Source of the DNA: Mytilus californianus
Lineage: Eukaryota
Assembly: GCF_021869535.1 (NCBI RefSeq)
Contig: NW_026262581.1
Coordinates: 135,842,001-135,906,000, forward strand
Direction: 5' to 3'
Length of the DNA: 64,000 nt
Shown: positions 36,569 to 49,342 of the stretch, piece by piece
Position numbering within the stretch: the stretch's first letter is position 1
Layout of the letters: the number at the start of each line of letters is the position of its first letter
Made by a program: the position numbers and the translations under genes
The notes under the pieces: generated by a model
Told to the model about the DNA's origin: nothing
The model's input: only the letters and a program-made list of their open reading frames with translations
Databases searched by the model: none

Positions 36569-36966
36569 GTACTCAAGCGTCTGTGAAAAAATGTGCCGGT
36601 CTAGTTAACGACAGATGGAGCAGCCTCTCCAAATTCAACCAGACCGGAAAACAGGGCATAATAAAATAATAAACCAAGGTACATGTATCATAAAAATTAA
36701 GTGTCAACTAATACAGTGAAAATCATCTAATTCCGAAGCTACTCATATACGCTCATCGTTCATTTTGAAAATTCCTTTCTCAACCGCGATGCTTAAAATC
36801 TGCAAAAGTATCAATGTTTCAATTCATATATTTCACCTAAAAAGTACTTCAAGAGTCTAATAATCAAACCAGTTTTACATTAGTTTTTCATTTCATAGAA
36901 ACAAATATCAAAATCAATAATAAACACTTTTTTTTTACAAATGCCAGTTTATATTTTTCTACATAC

Positions 36967-37636
36967 TTGCTTTATTGTACATCATATACTGTTCAGCACA
37001 GTTAAAAGTTAGGCCATCAAGAGTGAACTCAGCTGGATGCCATTGACTGAATGGTGAGTCTTTTCGCCAGAAAAATAAATAATCCTCAGTCTCTCTTTGT
37101 ATTCTGTCTTTCCCTTGGCGAAAACGTTCGTTCGATTGTCCTCCCGCTCCATGGTCTCGTGGTGCGTGATCTGATGAACTGTTACCAGTGTATCCACTAC
37201 TAGTGGTGTTTTTGTTCTCACAAGGTTGAGGTTTTGGTCTTTCTGCATTTGCTTTACCATGTCCACCAGGGAATCTAAAAGCATTACTGTATTTATCGCT
37301 TCCTGCTCCACTCTGAAGTCTATTGTTGCGTCGTCTTTCTTGGTTTGTGTTGTTTTCCTTTTTATTTTCGTCTGTAGTAGAATTATTGGAATAAGACGTA
37401 TCTTTTGAATAATTTGTAGAATCCAACGTATCTGGGGTAGAACAAGGTGTGGATACAAAATTACATGTTCCATCTGTTGCTTCACTTTCTAAATTATAGG
37501 AAGGTATATATTTATCGTCATTGGCTTGTTCCGTTTCTACCGGTGGAACATAATGTGCAGTTTCGGGATCAGAAAAAGCAGAAATATTAGGGTACAAATT
37601 TAACCGTCCATTTCCAATGCCTGAAGATTCTGCCAT
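36967..37636 (-). CDS. NADAR-2 first coding exon
   Basis: Acceptor TTTTGTAG| at 37650, 13 nt before the ATG. About 185-aa S/T/N/D-rich leader, then EDYLFFWRKDSPFSQWHPAEFTLDGLTFNCAEQYMMYNKA; donor GCAA|GTATGT at 36966 (phase 1). Confidence 0.92.
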
Positions 37637-40125
37637 ATGTAAATGGTTTCTACAAAATATGAAACGGTTTCACTAAGAGTTAAGTTTTATCCTGTACAGG
37701 TCTTCTTACCTCAGGCACATTTAAATGTGAAATGCGCGTATAAATAAAAGGATGCGTACATTGGTGATACATATTTAATACAGTTAATACTAAATATAAT
37801 GCCAAATTCCCCGTTTAGAATTCATTCGGAAATACCTAATAAAATCTTATTTAAAATTTTGAAATGTTTATATAATTCCAGCATCATTGCTTCGCTACAG
37901 AAATTCGTATGATAACATTTTTGTCGACTGCCTCTTTCCGCTTGGTGCCTTCCATTATCATATTTGATTACAGTATTTCTTTTGAAAACGTAAGTGTTAA
38001 AATAGAAAGTTCCTTCTGTATATGGAGTACTTCCAATTGATGCCATTAATGTTTGTATTTATTCATTGCTACATGATGATGGGTAACATTCTATAGATGC
38101 AAGTAAAAAATGAAAAACAAGAAAAAATAAAAGGTCTACTCTATCAACAAGTTCCATAACATTTTATTTTTTACCATTAATGTTAAACTTTATCATTTGT
38201 TTCATATAAGGTGCATATATTGAGATGGAGACTTAAAATATATCACATTTATTGTATTCCCTAGATCACTTGAAAAAAATGTATTTCATTTGCGATTGAG
38301 TCATGTACATTCAGTTGAATTCCTGTTTCGTCTATTTCAAGTCTGGATACAAAGAAAGGCGAACGTATATTAGATTGAGATGATGATGGTTAACTAGAAT
38401 CAAGGACTACTGTATAATGTACACAATAATTGTAATGTGTTGCTACATGTAGTTAGCTAAGCGAATATATAATAAGCAAAAAATGTTCAGAGACAAGTGC
38501 CTGTGATCTTAATTCAGACATTATCTCTGAATTATAAAAAGCTTCTGCCAAAGTTCCATAAAATTCCAAGCAGGTTTGACAAAGTAATTGATGTGCAACA
38601 AACTTTAACCCTTAACTGTATCTACTTGTTTATTTAAAAAAAAAATCTTAAGTCCTTTTATCAGAAAAATTCAGAAAAATAAAAAAAAATATATTTTCAT
38701 TATTTTGCTCTGGATACTCTCTTTTGATCATAAAAAAAATGTTCTGTCCAATTTAACATAAGTAAGATTCCTGAAGGCTTGACATAGTTATTGATGATTG
38801 AAAAACGTGAACCTTAGTCTGAATCTGAATGTTAACTGTAAAAATACTAAGTCCATTTATCAATGAAAATAATAAAAAAGTTCTAAATTTTACTCTGGCT
38901 ACCGTCTTTTAGACTTCAAAAAAGCTTCTGTCCTAATTTCATAAAATTACATAACATCAAAAACGTTAACCACAGACTGAACTTAATGTTCGCCGCCGCC
39001 GACCGAATATATCATCGCTATCTCTCACTTTCGCGACATAAACGTTGCAGGAAAAAGGAATCGGTGACAATATACCTTCTTTTGTTAGGCCATGCAAAAT
39101 AATATGGTTCTCTCTCCTGCCTACCAACTCCCCCGACTGTCATGCCAGCACTTGTCTTTGTAAAACTCATAACTTTTTAGGTATACATATTTTACAGACT
39201 TCATGTTTAGTAATGTTTTTATTGACAATCTTTGCATTAAGACAAAATTGCATGTGTGTCTTAAATACTTCAGTTAAAAGAAATAAAAAAAATACCTACA
39301 ATATTTTCTGAAGAAGTTAACGTGAGGGTACCCAAGTTGCACCTATTTTGACAGTTTTTTCACCTACGTTTGTTTAGGATCCAGACAAATGTTTCCATTC
39401 TGGGTTTATTTTGTAGATGTATCCTTATTTACTATATAGTTCCACCCGAATTTAATTTTGAATCCATATTGAATCAAGGAAAAATGGGTTTGAACCGACC
39501 TCCAAACGACCCATGATTCTAAAATGAGGAATTCCAAAATTGCATTCATGCTTAAATTCACATCCTTAAAAATCGAATAACAGATGCTTTGTTTTATTAT
39601 TTCAAATATTTAGAATAATTTGACATTAGCCCATGCTTACTATTCATTTTTTTAAGAAATGGATGCTTGTAACATGTTTTATTTGCTAATTTTCAAAAGA
39701 TGACTTTTTCGGACGTCGCCATGCGACGTTTCCATCATGTCCATAGATTTTACTTTTTCCAGTGAATACTTCCATCTGATGACACAGTGAAAGTTTTGTG
39801 CATATCTACATATATTTAGCTAAGTCGAAACACGTGCATAATGTCAAATCATAGAAATACAAATTGTTTAGTCTCTAAAAAAAACTTGTAAGATTCCCGC
39901 TGCTTTTTGGCCAAATAGGTGCTACCGAGACGTTAAACACAAGTTATCTTAATGTGGCCTAAAAAGAGAAAGCGAAACCGAAAGTAGAATCGAAATCGTT
40001 CTTGTCAACTTGTCAACTTGTCAAATTTACGTTATATTTACTTATACTCCTTCCTATACATCATTTCTCATAATTATTCACGTCATTAATTATAATAATC
40101 AAAATTATACAATAAGTTAACTTAC

Positions 40126-40200
40126 CTTTCCCTTTATGAACTGAGCTTGATTTGTTTACTTCCGTTTTGGTAATTCCAAAAGACGACTTTCTGAAAGTGC
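40126..40200 (-). promoter_or_regulatory. Candidate non-coding first exon/promoter of NADAR-2
   Basis: Strong minus-strand donor AAG|GTAAGT at 40125 and an ETS-like CGGAAGT motif at about 40158-40164. Linkage to the 37650 acceptor is inferred only. Confidence 0.3.
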
Positions 40201-40910
40201 AGGCGTTAGCAAACTATGGGAACGAAGAGGCAAAGAGGTACAATAAAATTACCGATAGTAATAGAATAATGTAATGTTTATCATTAATAACTTATTATTC
40301 AAAACAAAACAAACTACACAAACTATTTCGTTTCATTATTTCCATTCGTGCGGATCGTGACAATGATCGGAGTTCTGTGAAGAAACAGTTACGGATTGGC
40401 TTAAAAAATCCGTACTAATACAATAATTACTTTAACTAAGAAATATTGAAATTTGTTATCTGCACACATATTTAGAATGGCCAAGTAATTTTTATTGAAT
40501 CCTTTTTTATATTTGATTTTTTGGGGTGGAATATTGAGTCAGGTTGCACTAAAAGTGTAAAAAAAATATCCAAGGTGAACATCAGGAAAAAAATTGAAAA
40601 GGCCAAACAACAAAAAATTGTGTTATGGGCTTCTTCCTCTATTACTAAAAAGTGTTATTGGGTATATTTTTTTTTATTTTTTCTCCTTTTTACGTCAAAT
40701 GTATGGGGACCCCTGTAGTTTAGTTTCTATACACTACAAAAAAAAGCCAATGTAACTTTAGAAAAGGGAAACAGATTTATATAAGTATTTTTTGTTTCCC
40801 ACTCCCTATATTTCTGTTGTAAATTTGTCATTTTTGAACTTTATAAAGAATAAAATATTGTCTCTACGCTACTGAAATTTAGGCTAGGCATTTTGAGGCC
40901 AAACAATCTT

Positions 40911-41066
40911 CAGTGGCAGATCCACGAGGGGGAGGTCCCGGGGGTTGGAACCCCCCTTTTTTTTGTCGATCAATGCATTTGAATGGGGACATATAGTTGG
41001 AACCCCCCCTTTATCCTGGGTTAGGAACCCCCCCCCCCCTTTTATAAATGGCTGGATCTGCCCCTG
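40911..41066. mobile_element. MITE with CAG(T/G)GGC(A/G)GATCC termini
   Basis: CAGTGGCAGATCCA ... TGGATCTGCCCCTG; same family as 22292-22447. Confidence 0.75.
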
Positions 41067-41534
41067 ATCGTGTACATCCACCTCATTTGGTCTCTGGTGG
41101 ATAGTCGTCTCATTTGCAAACAAATAACATGACCTTTAATTTTATGAAGGTAGGGCAGCCCTAAATATGATTTTTATCTCACCAGGCCCGAAGGGCCAAG
41201 TGAGCTTTTCTCATCACTTGGCGTCCGTTGTCGTTAACTTTTACAAAAATCTTCTCCTCTGAAACTACTGGGCCAAATTTTAACCATTGGACACATTTTT
41301 TAAGCTAGATACCCCAAATGATGATTGTGGCCAAGTTTGGCTAAAAATAGAACATAGGGGTAAAATGCAAGTTTTGTCTATTATTTTGAAAACCGTTATA
41401 AATAGAGCAAATCTGACTGGAGCAATAATGTTCAGAATGTTGAGCTCCACCAATTGTCCATATACGTCAAAACTGTCGAGACAAATTCTTATAGGAGTTA
41501 TTGCCCTTAAATGACAAATTTGAGAATTTTTTTT

Positions 41535-42706
41535 CATTTTTGTCTCGCCTTGACAGTGTAAAAAAGCGAGATATAGGTATGCTGTTTCTGGTGTCGGCGA
41601 CAATGGCGGCGGCGTCAACAATGTATTAGTTTGTGTTTAGGTCTAGTTTAAGGTGAACCACTAGTGGTTGGTCAATGCTATTTGGTACACAGTTGTATTA
41701 GCACTGGCACATCTCATTTCCATGGAGATTATTTGACCCTGCCCCCTCAGTCATGGTCTATTGACTTTGAAACTTTTGCTTAGTTTACATGTATTAGTTT
41801 GTGATTAGGTCAGATTATGGGGATCCAATAGTGGTAAGTCAATGATATTTGGTATGCAGTTGTATAAGCATTGGCATATCTCATTTCCATGGAGATTATT
41901 TGGCTCTGCCACCTCAGTCATGGTCTATTGACTTTAAAACTTTTGCTCAGAATACATGTATTAGTTTGTGATTAGGTCAGTTCAAGGGGAACCACTAGTG
42001 GTAAGTCAATTATATTTGGTATGCAGTTGTATAAGCTTTGACATATCTCATTTCCATGGAGAATATTTGGTCCGGCCCCCACAGTCATGGTCTATTGACT
42101 TTGAAACTTTTGCTAAGTTTACATGTATTAGTTTGTGATTAGGTCAGTTCAAGGGGAACCATTAGTGGAAGCAAATGTTAATTGGTATGCAATTGTATAA
42201 GCATTAGCACATCTCATTTCCATGGAGAATATTTGGTCCCGCCCCCTCAGTCATGGTCTATTGACTTTGAAACTTTTGCTTAGTTTACATGTATTAGTTT
42301 GTGATTAGATCAGTTTAAGATGAACCGCTAATGTTAAGTCAGTGGTACTTGGTATGCTAATTTATTGGCATTTGCAAGTCTTGTTTCCATGGAGATTATA
42401 TAGCCCCACCCCCTCATCATGGTTCATTGACTTCAAAACTTTTACATAGTTTACAAGTCAATGTTTGTGTTTAGGTTTGTTGAAAGAGAACAACTTATGA
42501 TAAGTCTATGGTATTTGGTATGCAGTTGTATTTGCATTGGCACATCTCATTTCCATGGAGATTATTTTGCCATGTACCTTCAGTCATGGTTCATTGACTT
42601 TGAATATTTGCATAACTTACATGTTAAAGTATTTCTATTTTAATTTCAACATTTGCATTATCAAAAGTACAAAAAGGCGAGACATATCTCTGTGTTAACA
42701 GTTTAT
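41535..42706 (+). mobile_element. Helentron-like element carrying about 6 copies of a 166-168-bp satellite monomer
   Basis: Subterminal IR TGTCTCGCCT (41541) / AGGCGAGACA (42675). ATGTATTAG recurs at 41621, 41789, 41956, 42123 and 42289. Confidence 0.85.
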
Positions 42707-44114
42707 TGACTATTGTCTTGAAAACTATGATAGAAAGAAACTTTAAATTGCAAAAATGATCAGCAAGATAAGTTCTACAAATAAGTCTACATGGTCGAAA
42801 TCGTCAGTTCAGACTCCTTAGTAGAGTTATTGCCCTTTGATGATGATTTTTACCATTTTTTTGCGTTTTTGCCTTATATCTTAAAAATTATAATAGATAG
42901 ATAGAAACTTAAATAAGCAAAAATGACCAACAAGACAAGATCTACAATTAAGACAATTTGGAGGAAATTTCCAACGTCTCCTTATTGGAGTTATTTCCCT
43001 TTAATGACGATTTTTGCCATTTTTTTTGCGTTTTGCCTTATATGATAAAAATTATTATAGATAAATGGACACATTAAATCACACAAATTATTATAGATAA
43101 ATGGACACATTAAATCACAAAAATTATCAGCTAGGCAAAATCTACTAACAAGTAAAATTTTGCCAATATAGTTAGTAGACTGTCACTCTTTATAGGAGTG
43201 ATTGCCCTTAAATTAGGATTTTTTTTTACCCTCTTTTGTGTTAAGAGTAAAAACTAAAGAAGATAGAGAGAAACTTACAGACTAAATGATCAGCAATACA
43301 AGATCAACAAAACAGAGATTTTTATCATGAATTCTATTCTCGTCTATGTTGGAGAGTGTCCTTTGATAAATATGCACATAGAACAAGGTGAGCAACAGAG
43401 GCTCTTTAGAGCCTCTTGTTTTTATTATTATGGCCAAATTTAAAAGATATTCGAACTAAAAAAAAATACAAAGACATTTTCGACAGAATTCTACAAAATG
43501 TAAAATTGTAGTTGAAGTAACCCATCGGTTACTTACAGGTTTTGAATATCAATAATTAATTACACAAATTACATAACACCCCTCATAAATCAATGCATGT
43601 AATGATATGATAAAAAAAAAAAGACTGATACAGCAATTACGAAAAGATAGAAATGGAGAAGTTGACTGAATTTATTTTCTTAAAGCAGTCGGCTTCAATT
43701 TTAGAGCATGTATCGACATGTAAAAACTCTTCAGATTTCCAAGACTTGGTGCTTGTGCATAATAAATGGGACTCATCCTGCACTTCTTGAGCTTGGTACT
43801 TAGACTAATGGAAGGGGTAATTGTAAACAGTTTTATTGATAAATGAATAAGTATAATTTACTTGTGTTTACCTAAATTTACTTGTGTTTACCTGTAAAAT
43901 GAAAGCGCACAATTGCAGTCGAAAGCTGCGCTCAAATGTAATGCACAATTCAAACACAACTTCTGCGGATTTGGATCATTCAGAGAAAAGATAATGGGTA
44001 GACCTTTCCTTAATAAGATTTGTTTTTTTATCACTTAAAAAATGGACATGTCGCTTCATTATTAGTCTACCGTCTTCGGGTACCATATCAATGCTGTATA
44101 TGAAGTATTATTTT

Positions 44115-45280
44115 CTTTTGCCTGAATGCGAGACATAGGGAGTACAATCCGGTGGCGACGGCGTAAACTGTTTGTATAAAGCTTTATATTTCAGAACCTA
44201 GAATACCTGGATGCTTCATATCTTGTATGCAGCTACCTTATTTTACAAAGTTTCCGTCTATCATATGTCCATTGTCCTTGACCTCATTTTCATGGTTCAG
44301 TGACTGCTTTAAAAAAAAATGCAGTGTTTTTGAAAAGTGAAATGCTCTCTTATTTTGAGTATAGGATAAATATATTTGGTTTAATGGTTTTTTTGCAAGG
44401 TCTACATGTCCGTCGAGTAGGGTTCACCTGACCTCAACCTCAAATCATGGATAAAGTTACGTGGTCAAGTCCATATATCCGATACTACATTGTATAAGCA
44501 GTAGGTCAACTACATTTGGTGTATGGAATAATTGTAAGGTGTACATGTCTGACTTGCAGGTTTCATCTGACCTTGACCTCAATTGGACAATGTTTAATTT
44601 TTATAGTTTGGTCTATTTCTCAGATATTATAAGCAAAAGGGTCACTATATTTGGCATATGGAATAAGTGTAAGGTGTACATGTCTGACCTTGACCTCATT
44701 TTCATGGTATATTGGACAATGTTTAGTTTTTGTGGTTTGGTCTATTTCTCAAATACTACAAGCAATAGGTCAAGTATATTTGGTATATGGAATAATTGTG
44801 AGGTGTACATGTCTGTCTGGCAGGTTTCATAAGACCTTGACCTCATTTTCAAGGTTCATTGGTCAATGAGTTTTTTGTGGTTATGTCAGTTTATCAGTTA
44901 CTATTATAAACAATAGGTCAACTATATCTGGTGTGTGAATTATTGTAAGGTGTAAATGTCTATCTGGCTGGGTTCATATTACTTTAACCTCATATTCATG
45001 TTTCATTGGTCAATGTTAAGATTTTGTTAAGATTATGTGGTTTGATCTATTTCTCAGGTACTACATTTGTATAAGCGATAGGACCACTATATTTGGTGTA
45101 TGGAATGAATGATTGTTAGGTGTACTTGTCTGTCTGGCATGGTTCTTCTGACCTTGACTTCATTTTCATGGATATAAAGTTTATGTGAAACTTGTAGTAA
45201 AACCTTCATATTACAGACTTTCAATATAAATTCAATCAAAGGTAAAACAGGCGAGACATTTCAGCATGTGCACTCTTGTA
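44115..45280 (+). mobile_element. Helentron-like element with about 140-150-bp internal tandem monomers
   Basis: GACCTTGACCTCA recurs at about 44569, 44686, 44833 and 45149; 3' CAGGCGAGACA plus palindrome-like tail. Degenerate relative at about 47690-48230. Confidence 0.75.
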
Positions 45281-46017
45281 TTGAAAAGGAAGAACTTTTT
45301 ATTTAATTAGTTGTAGGTTAAATCTGATCAAAAGCACTGATCATTCGAATAGACACACAATGGTGAACATTGTTTCTTGGGAATTTTATTGTTACATTGT
45401 TACAATACCAAACCGCGAAAATTTGTCATTTGGTCAAGTTGGTTGTGTAAGACTCCACCGTTTTAAGACTGCAAATAGAATGGGTGAATTATTCCAGTTT
45501 ATGTGTATCCCAGCTCTAAGTATGCCTTCCGATCTAGCTACCGAGACAAAAATGTCATATTGGCTGTTGAGTTATTTAAAAAGCGCCAACATAAAAAGTC
45601 ACTGTTTTCGTTATTCATTTAAACTTGTGCTAGCCTGTACATTGTCGGAGGGTTTTAAAAATTAAAAAAAAACTGTTCTAATGTTTTTGCAGCTTCTAAT
45701 TTTTAATTAAGGTTCCAAAAGGGCCGGAATTTGAAAGTTTGATGTTTTTTCTCACAAAAACATGAGGTTGTTCTCTGTGTTGCCTTTCAATAATTGTTTC
45801 TGTCTTAACTTTTTCCAGTACATCATTGTTTCAAGCACAAAAACTTGTGTCAATACTCTGTTTTAGATACATATGATTCCTTGAGTTGTGACAGTTGAGA
45901 ATAGAAGTTTGGTTGTAAAGGCTTCATGACTTCTTCATAACTGTATACTTGGCTAAATGTCTGGTGTCTGGTGTGCATCCGGGAAAAGGTCAGACTTTGT
46001 TTTATTTATTATTACAG

Positions 46018-47568
46018 ACTCTAATGAAGATGATATCAACAAAGAAAGTCAAAGAGCAGAAAGCAAGCAACAGAAAAAAATGGATCACTATTTGACAAAG
46101 AAAGACAATACACAAATAAATCGAGAAAAATCTCAACTTAACAGTGGGGAGGAAACAGCAGTAGCAAAGGAGGAAAATTCAAAGTATGATATACCAACAC
46201 CTGATGTTAAGAAATCAGACAAGAGTGAAAAAGAGAAAAGTGAAAATGAAATAAAATCCGAACACAAGCAAGCACTTGATACCGAGAGTACAGAAACGCC
46301 TTCAAAGCGAATGAAAATGGACAAAGACAGCACTGTAAAAGACAAAAACCTAATAACGAATTATGGAGAATATGTACCAAAAGACAAACATAGGACAAAC
46401 GAAGAAAGCAGAAACACTTCAACAGATGATTTCTCTGTAAGTCATAAAGAACCTTCAAAGAAACCCAAGAAAAATAAAAAGGATAAAAAGTCAAAACATT
46501 CACATAAACATTCACATAAACATTCACACAAGCACAGAAGTGAATCTGACAAGAAGTCAAAGCACTCGGGCAGTCGCAAGGAAAGAAAATCACACAAAGA
46601 CAGCAATGAACATGAAAATGATCCAAATCAAAAACGACTTGATAAGGAAAAGAAGTCCAAACATTCACACACAGACAGTAGTGAATCAGAAGAGAATTCC
46701 CCATGTTCCCGTAGAGACTCAGAAAAGAAGGCTAAAGCTTCACATACTGACAGAATACCTGAAACTAATGCAACATATCCACAAAGAGACTCAGAAATAC
46801 ACTCTGAGCGTTCCCACAGAAGTTTTTACAGTAGCGATTCAGAAACATCGCCATCAAAAGAAAGGTGTTCACAAAGAGATATACCAGAAAAAACCAGCAA
46901 TCGTTCAGATAAGAAAACGGAGAAAGAATGTGGTTTTACAAGTAAAGAAAGAAAGGAAAGTGGAGGCACACCAAAACATTCCAGTAATTGCTCTAAAAAT
47001 GATGTGTTTGTACCAAGTAGTAAATGTCATGAGGATCGTAGTAAACACTCTTGTAGTAGTTACAGCGGAATAGAGGGTTCCAGTAAGGGTAAAAGTAAAG
47101 AAGACAAGGTGATTGTGCAGTCACGTAAGCGTCACAGTGGACACCTTGACACAAGTCCCTCTATTGATAAAAGTTATCTAAGTGAGAAAAAGGCACAACA
47201 AGCCCTAAGATTTGAAAGCACGCCAGAAACACCAGAACTACATCTGGAAAAAGGAAAATCAAAATCTCCTAAGAAATCCGAAAGGAAGTTCGAAGAAACA
47301 ACTGATTCCAGCAACACTGATTTAAAAGAAAAACACAGAAATAACATTAATATACTTATAGAAAGTATGAAGGAAGAAAATAGATTCAAGAATTCAGCAG
47401 AAAGAATTGGGCATTTAGTGTTTACTGATAAACTTATAACAACCAGAGACGATTTCGTCTTTTTCTTTGGTATGGTGTCACCATTCAGTCAGTTCCATGC
47501 TGCAAACTTTAAAGTCCAGAATATCATGTATAGATGTGCTGAACAGTATATGATGCACCAAAAAGCAG
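46018..47568 (+). CDS. NADAR-3 long coding exon (about 500-aa K/S/E/H-rich disordered region plus NADAR N-terminal part)
   Basis: Acceptor ATTACAG| at 46017 (phase 1). A 1.55-kb stop-free frame ends DDFVFFFGMVSPFSQFHAANFKVQNIMYRCAEQYMMHQKA; donor GCAG|GTTTGT at 47569. True start uncertain (an upstream ATG-G micro-exon, or Met at 46080). Confidence 0.88.
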
Positions 47569-49190
47569 GTTTGTGGACATTTTTTATTTTTAATAGTGTG
47601 AAAATGTGTGTTGATCATTGAAAGATTAATTATACATAGCTTAAAATAAGATGGGCATCTCGCTTACGACAAATGTCATAGAATTCAAGAAACATATTGG
47701 TGTCAACGTTAGATCTTTGCATAAAGCTTCTTATTTCAGAAGGTAGAAGATCTGAACAATCAATATCTAACATACAGATACCAAATGGTGTACAGTATCT
47801 GGCGTATGTCTTGTCTTATTTTCATAATTCATTAACAGCTTAAATCTAAACTTTTTTCAGGTGATTGTTTTAGTTATGACAGTTAATTGTTATAAGTATT
47901 AGAACAACTATTGGTTTTATATAATCATTGTGAGGTTCAAATGTCCCTCTGGTGTCCCTCTGACGTTGACATTTTCATGATTTATTGGTCAACATTAAGT
48001 AATCGTGATTAGGCCAGTCTGTTTCTCAGATGTTGTTAGTTGTATAGGTTAACTATATTGGATGTCTATAATGATAATGCTGATTGTATGGTGTACATGT
48101 CCATCTGACAGGCTTCATCTGACATTGATCTTATTTTGTACTGTTCGTTGGTTTAAATTTAATGATTTGGTCCATTTTTAAATACTATAGGTAAAATCAT
48201 TCAGTGTTTAGAATGATTGTAAGGACTGTACATATAAATAAGATGATGTGGTATGAGTGCCAATGAGACAACTATCCATCCAAGTCACAATGTGTAAAAA
48301 GTAAACAATTATAGGTCAAAGTACGGCCTTCAACACGGAGCCTTCGCTCACACCGAACAGCAAGCTATAAAGGGCACCAAAATGACTCAGTGTAAAACAA
48401 TTCAAACAGGAAAACCAACGGTCTAATCTATATAAAAAACGAGAAATGAGAAACATGTACACTAAGGGACAGTGCTATACTTTGAGACATTACACTTAAA
48501 AGAATCCTTCGGAGGCTGTTCTCTTATTTAAGAATTTTTTTTTTTTCAAAAGTTAGCAAAAATACTAAACTCCAAGGTAAATTGCAAAATAGATTTATAT
48601 ATACTTGAACTTGTTCTGAAGAATACATCTGTTCAGTCATGAAAGATTGCTTTAGTAAATTACAGAACTTTATTCCTCCAAAAAACAATTAATAAAAAAT
48701 CCAATGTTAATGAGGCAGCTATTTTATATCCCATATTTTAACTGTTATTTCTAAAATTGCCCAGTAGGTCTCTACAGTGAAAATGAATTTTACAAACTAT
48801 CATGCACAAAGGGAGATATACATCATGATCAGAACAGACATTTATTAGTCACCAACAGTACTATTCATTGAAATACAAATAATAGACGCTTGACCAAGTT
48901 GAAAACTTTTTATTTAAACAATAATGTATAGAAATGGGAATGCAAAATTTGGGCAGTTGCTGTCAAGGTCAATTCATTCACTCCATTACATGTAATACAT
49001 TTTTACAATAAGACCTATTGGGCAACTTTTTAAAATTAAAATTGATTGTCAAAGTTCGTATTCTGTCTAGATATAGATACAAGATACTATCCAAAATAAA
49101 CAATATGATAATTCTACCATTTAAATTTTAATCATTTATTTTTGAAGATATATATAACTCAAGTGGACTTATAATATTTTCTATTTTCAG

Positions 49191-49342
49191 TGCTGTTTGA
49201 TGACAAACAAATAGCAAAGCAAATCATGGAAGAAACGAAACCTTTGAAAATGAAACGTCTTGGCAGAAAAGTGAGAAATTTTGATGCAGAAAAATGGGGA
49301 AATAAATGTATAGAGGTGGTTAAAGATGGAAATATTGCAAAA
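49191..49342 (+). CDS. NADAR-3 middle coding exon
   Basis: Acceptor TTTTCAG| at 49190 and donor AAA|GTAAGT at 49343. Translates (V)LFDDKQIAKQIMEETKPLKMKRLGRKVRNFDAEKWGNKCIEVVKDGNIAK, the most canonical of the three. Missing from the ORF track. Confidence 0.93.

Noticed and set aside
39775-39800. CTGATGA-cacagt-GAAA as a hammerhead
   Set aside because: No stem II closing pair, no stem III/NUH and no stem I complement.
45957-46017. ORF-track start MSGVWCASGKRSDFVLFIIT for NADAR-3
   Set aside because: Runs through a T-rich tract ending in ACAG at 46017; best read as intron sequence.
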